Position numbers and translations under genes: made by a program
Notes under the pieces: generated by a model
The model's input: only the letters and a program-made list of their open reading frames with translations
What the model was told of the DNA's origin: nothing
Database searches by the model: none
Shown: positions 55,520-64,000 of the stretch, piece by piece
Numbering within the stretch: position 1 is the stretch's first letter
How the letters are laid out: every line of letters begins with the position of its first letter
Assembly (NCBI RefSeq): GCF_009914755.1
Contig: NC_060926.1
Reading direction: 5' to 3' (one strand)
Source: the human T2T-CHM13v2.0 reference genome, Homo sapiens
Length of the DNA stretch: 64,000 bases

Positions 55520-56306
55520 GTGAGCTGGTGCCAATTTTGTGAGTTGTGAGACATAATTAAGGTTAATTGAGCCCTCATTCTCCCATGCACTCATAAAATT
55601 TGCCAATAGCAATTTGTAGTGGACTCTCCGGATGGTAGGGAAATCGGCAGAAGCCTCTTCATCCTGAAGGGTAACAAGAGGTGGGAGAGATGGCCACCAT
55701 ATTTAGGAAAGGATCTGGGGGCTATCTCAAACCCAGCAACATCTTTCTCCTCAACTGCTCCAGGAAATTGGGTATTGGAAATCTGATCGAGTTGCCTAAT
55801 GTCATGGGTGTGACATCCTACTTACCACAGTTGAAAAGGCCCCAGCATCGTGCTTTTTACTTCTCATTTGGCTGATGTTCACCTGCCATGTTTTCAAAAC
55901 ACCTCAGACCAGATGACATTGTCCTCTCAATGCAGTGAAGTCAAAAATTAATGGGCATTTATGGGACAGGATCAAGCTAAATTGAGCCCTTTTTGTTTCT
56001 CTAGGGATTTCAGATGTTAGGCTACAGAAATCATTCAGAATCTCTTTGCTTGGGGGTTGGAAAGTTACAGAACCAATTACAGTTAAGCTGTCATTGCTCA
56101 CAAATAATAATCACAGTCTGGGCCCCTCTTAGCAGATGGTTCCTTGAGTTAAAATGCTTGTGCCCAGGTACAGCTGAACTGTTTCAGAGCTGGCCAAACT
56201 GTTTCAAAGCCGGTCGTTTTGTGTGCATGCACTCGTATAGGGTTACAATCGTATTTAACTTATGGAGTGACATGATCTTTTCAATTTTTCTATCCCTTGT
56301 TGCCAG

Positions 56307-56494
56307 GTGCTTGACAATGCTATTGAAACAGAAAAAATGATTGAAAAGTATGAATCACTTGCCTCTGACCTTCTGGAATGGATTGAACAAACCATCATCA
56401 TTCTGAACAATCGCAAATTTGCCAATTCACTGGTCGGGGTTCAACAGCAGCTTCAGGCATTCAACACTTACCGCACTGTGGAGAAACCACCCAA
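56307..56494 (+). CDS. SPTBN1: SPTBN1 coding exon (exon 9), spectrin repeat 1
   Basis: ttgttgccag|GTG CTT GAC ... CCC AA|gtaaga; [28 protein letters not shown]...TVEKPPK; 188 nt. Confidence 0.97.
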
Positions 56495-56737
56495 GTAAGA
56501 TGCATATTGTAGTGTGATCATTAATATGGAAAGACACATCACTGTAGCCAACAGATCCCTATGTTCTGATTTCTGTAATCTCATCTCTTAACTGAATGCC
56601 TTTCAGTAGTGTGTCCTACTCCTTTTCATCTGACTCTGTTTTGCTGAGATTTATGATAGATCATGCTCTCTCTGAGCCCTTCCCAATATAAATGTGCCAC
56701 TGACATACAGGATATATGAGAATTCCAAGAAATGGTA

Positions 56738-57046
56738 CAAGTCCCCAACCCCTTATCCAAAACCATTGTACCTAGTGTGTTTCAGGATTCCATAATTTTT
56801 GGATTTTAAAAAAACAGCACAGCTCATATGTTGTATATTATAAGACCCCAGATGGGACTAAGGCAATAGCCCATAAGCCCAGTAAGTATCTGTAGCAAAA
56901 TGTGTAAATATTCACATTGCATTAGATAAAGAAAGATAATAGATAATTTCATAACAGTTCAGAACAGGTTTTGCAACCCAAAAAAAGTTTGATTTTTTTT
57001 CATATCTTTTTTAAGTTCATAATTGTTGAATAAGGATTGTAGACCT
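56738..57046 (+). mobile_element. MER46C-like TcMar-Tigger element
   Basis: TA|CAAGTCCCCAACCCCTTATCCAAAACC ... ATAAGGATTGTAGACCT|TA. Confidence 0.72.
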
Positions 57047-57485
57047 TATCTATTGCTTACCATAGTTCCAAAGTCGTTTTTTCTTTTCTGAAAACTCAGT
57101 TGCATATATCTTGGTAAGGTCTCTAAAACCCATTGAAAATTATATTAGGTAGACATTTGAAATAATCCGTGTTGAATGCATTCAGCTACACTGAATGAAT
57201 GAAGTAAGTCCATTGTCCAGGATTTGGGGTTTAAACCTTGATTTAAGTGAATACAAAAGAGTATTGCATGCCTTTGACACCCTCAAATATAAATGTCAGC
57301 AACAACAAAGAAATTCCACGGTTTGGTATGTTTCAAGGTTTGTAATAGCCAATAAGCAACCTACTGATGTCTCTTTGACATGCATTTCATGTAAGTCAGA
57401 CCAGAGTTAAATGGTTTTTAAAATGCATGACAGTGTGAAATTTTTTTTTCTCCAGTACCAAATGAATGTTTTCCCCTGTGTTTAG

Positions 57486-57603
57486 ATTTACTGAGAAGGG
57501 GAACTTGGAAGTGCTGCTCTTCACCATTCAGAGCAAGATGAGGGCCAACAACCAGAAGGTCTACATGCCCCGGGAGGGGAAGCTCATCTCTGACATCAAC
57601 AAG
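57486..57603 (+). CDS. SPTBN1: SPTBN1 coding exon (exon 10), spectrin repeat 1
   Basis: gtgtttag|A TTT ACT ... AAC AAG|gtaaag; [39 protein letters not shown]; 118 nt. Confidence 0.97.
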
Positions 57604-58152
57604 GTAAAGTGGATCTGGACTCTGCATGGGCCCTGACCTCCTGGAGGCTTCAGGTTCTATCACTAGGTCTCGACTGCTAAGAGGACAAGAGACTGGAAGG
57701 GGCTGTCCCCACCTGCCGAATTGACAATTGGCAGCTGGTGCTCAGGTGTGGCAAAGGACCAAGCAAGCAATGGTACCGGGTTAGGCTGCTGGAGGCTTCA
57801 GGGGGCAATGTTAGATTTTATCAAACCAGCTTTGGCGTAGGCTATACACCTTGCTACTCAGATACATATCACTTTACTTCTCATCTGAGGCAATTGTTTC
57901 AAACATCTTTAAATTACAGAAAGGAGAAATTGAAACCTTATTTCATGTGTTTCATAGTAGTTGTGGGGCTTAGGATGTTGGCTTCTTGCATTAGAGATGC
58001 TGTCAAATAAGCAATTTTAATCATCATGCCTATTATGCCTGCAGTTATAGAAATTCACAGCAGGCATTATTTCCAACTAGAAAGAAATTTGAAAAATTCT
58101 AGAACTTTGGTCACTTGTACAGAACTACATTCCTTTATGCTGCTCATTAAAA

Positions 58153-58281
58153 TTTTTTTTTTAATGGAGGCAGGGTCTCACTATATAGCCCAGGCTAGTC
58201 TTGAACTCCTGGCCTCAAACAGTCCTCCCACCTCGGCTTTCAAAGTGCTGGAATTATAGGCGTGAGCCACTGCGTCTGGCC
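58153..58281 (-). mobile_element. FLAM Alu monomer, antisense
   Basis: poly-T, GGGTCTCACTATATAGCCCAGGCTAGTCTTGAACTCCTGGCCTCAA...GTGAGCCACTGCGTCTGGCC. Confidence 0.88.
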
Positions 58282-58810
58282 CCACTTAGATTCCTTCGAG
58301 TGGAAGGTTTGATTTTTTTTTTTAGGTGAAGAAATAGATTTCCTAGGAATGAATTTAATATGGACAGTAGGTCAGGATTTTGAAAGAAATTTCAGATGTG
58401 TAAATTTTTTAAAAGTGGCCCAGGGTGGAATGAATGAGAAATTCATATGAATTCTTAGAAGAATCATTTATCTTTTTTATATGATCAAAGCTATTTAAGA
58501 TAATTTATTTCCTCTTAAAGTAAGAGATTTATAATTTACTTATATTGCTTCATAGCTACAGTTTTGTTTTCCAAGTACAACACAGAATCTTTAGATTTAG
58601 ATGACGGAAGAGTGTTCCCATGAGGATACACTGAGAGAAAAACCCGTTTTTTTCCTCAAGGCTTGAGAGTCAGTGAGAGTGGGAATGGGATTTCCCATTC
58701 AAGCTGTCAGGTCCTTTTGAGAAATATTAGCTGTTGACTGTAACCACGGAAGTTTCCTTGAACACTGCAGGAAACTGTGTTTGTGTGTGTGTGTATTTTC
58801 ATTTTTGTAG

Positions 58811-58969
58811 GCCTGGGAAAGACTGGAAAAAGCGGAACACGAAAGAGAACTGGCTTTGCGGAATGAGCTCATAAGACAGGAGAAACTGGAACAGCTCGCC
58901 CGCAGATTTGATCGCAAGGCAGCTATGAGGGAGACTTGGCTGAGCGAAAACCAGCGTCTGGTGTCTCAG
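58811..58969 (+). CDS. SPTBN1: SPTBN1 coding exon (exon 11), repeat 1/2 junction
   Basis: tttttgtag|GCC TGG GAA ... TCT CAG|gttctg; [53 protein letters not shown]; 159 nt, phase 0-0. Confidence 0.96.
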
Positions 58970-59585
58970 GTTCTGCTCTTGACATTATTAAAAAGACTGT
59001 TGCTAGGGTAATCTAGAAACACAGACCATCCCCAGGGGCATAGGGCCAGAGGACAGCTGCTTATCGACATTCATTATTCTGGAGGAACGTCAGGTCACCT
59101 TGGCCCCTTCCCATTAAGAGGATGTTTATAATTTCTAATATACATTTCTATTTATCTAACTTTTCATAGATTTGGAAGCAGCTCAAGCAGAGTTTGTTTT
59201 AGAGCCATTGAGTGTGTGTGAACTGTTCACATTTATAAGTTTTAACAGTTTCTCTCTTTTCTTTAATCTTTGACCAACTAATCCTACGAGGCAGTTAGAC
59301 TGGTTGTGAAATAAACAAAAATGGCTTGCTTTTCCACCTGGCTTGACATAAGCTATCACCTGCTCTAGCTTTTCAGTAAGGTACTAGATACGAACTGGGC
59401 CCTTCTGCAAAATGAGCAGTTACTAGTTTGCTTTGAGGAGGGCATCTAAGCTCAAGGCAGAGACCAGTGGGGTGGGGGACTCAGGAGTCAGATTTGGCTT
59501 TAAGACCACCAGGGATTAATGTGTGCTCAAGATTTCATGTCTGTTCTTTTTCCTTTTTTGGAGGGGGGGTGGCGCGGGAAATAGG

Positions 59586-60241
<656 letters not shown>

Positions 60242-61764
60242 GTAAAACCTGACCGAAAGGAAGGACGACAGAGCTGATCCAACCAGGGCTCTCTTTTCTG
60301 TGACTCATTCACTAAACCCCTACGTACAGCTGTGTGCCTTGTCTAACTGCCCACATGTACAGCTAGAGAGGAGCCACATCACCCATGGGAAGATTGCTAG
60401 CTCAGGAATTAAATGAGACGTGAAGTGTGAAAAAGTTGTAGAGACCAGTTCAGTAGCCAGAGCTCTGTTTCTGTGACTTAGATATATTCCAGTGTAGGGA
60501 ATCAATCACATTGTGGTTTTCTTTATTTTTAAGTTTTCAGGGTTAAACTAACTTACCGTTTCATTGATCTGTGGGTGAGTGGTACTACTTTGGGCAGGGG
60601 TCCCGGAGAGGTGGTATGGGGAGAAGGGAGGAGTGGTAGGTGCCATGGACAGAGGAGAGGTCAGGAACCAGGCAGCCAGAGTTCTGATTGTGAGTGCCTG
60701 AGTTGCCTAATCCTCTTTGAGCCCTCTTTCTTGGTCTTTAAATGGAGATTGTACTTACTATCTACCTCATCCAATTATTGCAAGGATGGAATGCGGTAGT
60801 ATGTGCACAGATCATGGGATGGGCTGGATGGCAGTGGCTGGTCATGCCATTTATTGACTGCTCTTAGCATAGAGTTCCAACCTTTCCCCCTTCCCAGGAA
60901 GAGACCTGCTATCATGCCATGGCCCTGTACCTGTTCATGTCCTCCAATGCAGGCCATGGAATGCTCAGCCATGCCAAGCAGTTCTCCAGCTGGGAGGCCT
61001 TTAGCCTTGTAGACAGAAGAAAATAGGACAGTTTTCAGACAGTCCCATGAAGCTTCCTTTGTCTCAGCACGCTGTGTTCCCAAGCTTGACCTTATGCAAG
61101 AGATTCCCTTCCCAGGATATAAGCTGTCATCTGTTGCCTACCTCTTGGACTGTTCCTGACAGAGGGGCAAAGTCATCTGATACCATCAGTTTTCCCTCCT
61201 ATTGTTCCAGATTTACAGTGTTCTTAGGTCTGGTCTCTCTTGACCTCTCAAAATAGAAATGTTCGTAAAATGTAGCAGAGAGGGACTTTTCATTTTATAA
61301 ATCATGATGCACATTGTAACTCAGTTGGTCCAGAGACTTCCTCAGAAGTAAGAGTGAAGTAGAAATCTCATCTGGCGAGGATGTAGAATGAGGCCCCCAA
61401 ATTTCGCTGGTTGATGGAAGAAACAAGAAAATATCAGTGGGTTCAAACTTAAACTCTAGAAGTTGCTTGGGGTCTACTAAGCAAGACAGCCACCTGACCC
61501 TGCTCTCCTTATTGGTTTAAAGATGTGGCTTGTAAGCTTTTCAAGTAGATTGTTTTCCCATTGATTGTGTAAGTACAGTAGAGGCATACCAATAAGCTCC
61601 TAACAGAGGAAAAACATTCACTTACAGGCTCAGCAACTTCTAAAAGATTTCTTTCAACTTTGAAGTGACCAAGTCTATCACCTTTATTTATTTATTTTTG
61701 AGTAGTTGTTGCAGCGGTTTCTTCTTGAAGCTCCAGTTTATATTTTGGAATCTTTCATACAGCA

Positions 61765-61818
61765 CCCCCGCCCACGCTCCCCACTGCCCCCTCCCCCCCA
61801 CCCTGGCCCCGCTGGCCC
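61765..61818 (-). other. G-quadruplex-forming tract on the template strand (C-rich on + strand)
   Basis: Eight C-runs of 3-7 nt: CCCCCGCCCACGCTCCCCACTGCCCCCTCCCCCCCACCCTGGCCCCGCTGGCCC. Confidence 0.7.
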
Positions 61819-62103
61819 TCACCATCTTTTTCTTCTATTCTGCACTTTTTAGTGTAGATTTGACTTACTTATTCCAAGTTTGGTGATCCTTAGTTTGTGA
61901 TAGCTCTCCTGACTCAGGCCTTCAGGTATGATTTGTTTTGTTCTGGTTTGTTGGCCATCATCTTCCCCTGAAGGTGTGGGGTCCATGGCAGACTAGAGGG
62001 AAGGCATAGCTTCATTGCTGGCTCTCTGCTTGTCGAAAGATGATGTGATGCTGAAGTCAAGGCTATAGTCACAGATGTCCTTTTGGTTGCTTCTTGTGCA
62101 CAG

Positions 62104-62257
62104 GTGCTAGTATTGTCTCAAGACTATGGCAAACACTTACTTGGTGTGGAAGACCTGTTACAGAAGCACACCCTGGTTGAAGCAGACATTGGCATCCAGG
62201 CAGAGCGGGTGAGAGGTGTCAATGCCTCCGCCCAGAAGTTCGCAACAGACGGGGAAG
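62104..62257 (+). CDS. SPTBN1: SPTBN1 coding exon (exon 13), spectrin repeat 3
   Basis: gtgcacag|GTG CTA GTA ... GAA G|gtaagg; [51 protein letters not shown]; 154 nt. Confidence 0.97.
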
Positions 62258-62939
62258 GTAAGGATGGCCCATTCCAAGCATTACCTCCGGGTCACCAGAG
62301 ATTCATATTTATAGAAACACAGTGGGGCTTTTGAAGTTACTGTGCCACTATACATTCCTGGTGGGTTTGTCATGGGAGCATGAAATACGGTGGAGTGGCC
62401 TTCTGAACACTAACTCCATCTTGTTTTTCTGGAATTGATACATCCTTTCCTTAAATACGCAAATGCTGCCTTTGCTTTGAGTGGCTTGGTGTTTGGCAGT
62501 GAGACTTTGTCATACCTCAGTCTCTCTGGCCATGCACCGACACCCTGGTGTGGCTGTTCCAGCAGCTCCTGGCTTTCACAGCTGGTTGCATATACCTCTC
62601 TTTGGAGGATGTTTAGAATGATTTGGTTATGCTTCGTGTATTTCTAGAAACAATTATATGCAGCTGCCTTTTTCATATGATTCAAGTGCTTTCTTGCAGG
62701 AGGATGATCACTTTGTCTGCGGTTTGGCCAAAAAAAAATAATGTTTATCATTGCCCTCACTCCTGTTCTAGTCAAGTTGTTAGAAGGTGCTCCATTGCCT
62801 TATCGCATGGCCCTGCATTTACATTTAGCAGTGAGCTGGTAATCATAAGAATATGGGGTGTAGCTTACTGCCTGCCAGTGAGCCTGCACCCATGCTGAGC
62901 TCCCTCACACAGCCACGTTCCTTCCTTGATGTTAAACAG

Positions 62940-63810
62940 GTTACAAGCCCTGTGACCCCCAGGTGATCCGAGACCGCGTGGCCCACATGGAGTTCTGTTA
63001 TCAAGAGCTTTGCCAGCTGGCGGCTGAGCGCAGGGCCCGTCTGGAAGAGTCCCGCCGCCTCTGGAAGTTCTTCTGGGAGATGGCAGAAGAGGAAGGCTGG
63101 ATACGGGAGAAGGAGAAGATCCTGTCCTCGGACGATTACGGGAAAGACCTGACCAGCGTCATGCGCCTGCTCAGCAAGCACCGGGCGTTCGAGGACGAGA
63201 TGAGCGGCCGCAGTGGCCACTTTGAGCAGGCCATCAAGGAAGGCGAAGACATGATCGCGGAGGAGCACTTCGGGTCGGAGAAGATCCGTGAGAGGATCAT
63301 TTACATCCGGGAGCAGTGGGCCAACCTAGAGCAGCTCTCGGCCATTCGGAAGAAGCGCCTGGAGGAGGCCTCCCTGCTGCACCAGTTCCAGGCAGATGCT
63401 GATGACATTGATGCCTGGATGCTGGACATCCTCAAGATTGTCTCCAGCAGCGACGTGGGCCACGATGAGTATTCCACACAGTCTCTGGTCAAGAAACACA
63501 AGGACGTGGCGGAAGAGATCGCCAATTACAGGCCCACCCTTGACACGCTGCACGAACAAGCCAGCGCCCTCCCCCAGGAGCATGCCGAGTCTCCAGACGT
63601 GAGGGGCAGGCTGTCGGGCATCGAGGAGCGGTATAAGGAGGTGGCAGAGCTGACGCGGCTGCGGAAGCAGGCACTCCAGGACACTCTGGCCCTGTACAAG
63701 ATGTTCAGCGAGGCTGATGCCTGTGAGCTCTGGATCGACGAGAAGGAGCAGTGGCTCAACAACATGCAGATCCCAGAGAAGCTGGAGGATCTGGAGGTCA
63801 TCCAGCACAG
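62940..63810 (+). CDS. SPTBN1: SPTBN1 coding exon (exon 14), spectrin repeats 3-6
   Basis: gttaaacag|GT TAC AAG CCC ... CAC AG|gtgagc; GYKPCDPQVIRDRVAHMEF...EDLEVIQHR; 871 nt; overlaps the 283-aa ORF. Confidence 0.98.
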
Positions 63811-64000
63811 GTGAGCGGGGCGCTGGTCAGCCACTGGCCTGTTCCTTGTGACCACCAGTGGCCCAGGAGGTGACCACCCTGTCAAATTGCCATTTCAGAT
63901 TTGAGAGCCTAGAACCAGAAATGAACAACCAGGCTTCCCGGGTTGCAGTGGTGAACCAGATTGCACGCCAGCTGATGCACAGCGGCCACCCAAGTGAGAA

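Noticed and set aside
62906-62939. Upstream CAG at 62912, 27 nt before the exon-14 acceptor
   Set aside because: The extension contains an in-frame TGA and the upstream pyrimidine tract is poor
62843-63885. Long antisense ORFs (141, 160, 119 aa) over exon 14
   Set aside because: Expected shadow of a GC3-rich coding exon; no independent evidence for an antisense gene

Overview
Primate (almost certainly human) genomic DNA lying entirely inside the SPTBN1 (beta-II spectrin) gene on the + strand. Bases 1-33098 are the 3' part of a long intron. Twelve GT-AG coding exons follow (33099-63810; 2521 nt in one continuous frame). They encode both calponin-homology domains of the actin-binding domain and spectrin repeats 1-5 plus the start of repeat 6, about aa 50-890. 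Exon numbers 3-14 are recalled from the canonical transcript and not checked. The introns hold many Alu/FLAM/FRAM, MIR, L1/L2 fragments and DNA-transposon fossils (near-full-length Tigger2, MADE1, MER1B, MER2, MER20, MER46C, MER47C, MER58, MER81, MER5), plus microsatellites. Repeat family names come from recalled consensus sequences and need a RepeatMasker/Dfam run. Most ORFs in the supplied track are Alu-derived or chance. I cannot demonstrate a new biological system here. The best leads are: (i) inverted Alus bracketing phase-0 exon blocks that would give stop-free circRNAs; (ii) a frame-preserving candidate cassette exon at 27369-27497; (iii) a weak exon-11 donor followed by a poly(A) signal and an in-frame stop; (iv) a miR-548-like MADE1 hairpin; (v) a perfect 20-bp palindrome / Z-DNA tract fused to the Tigger2 terminus.
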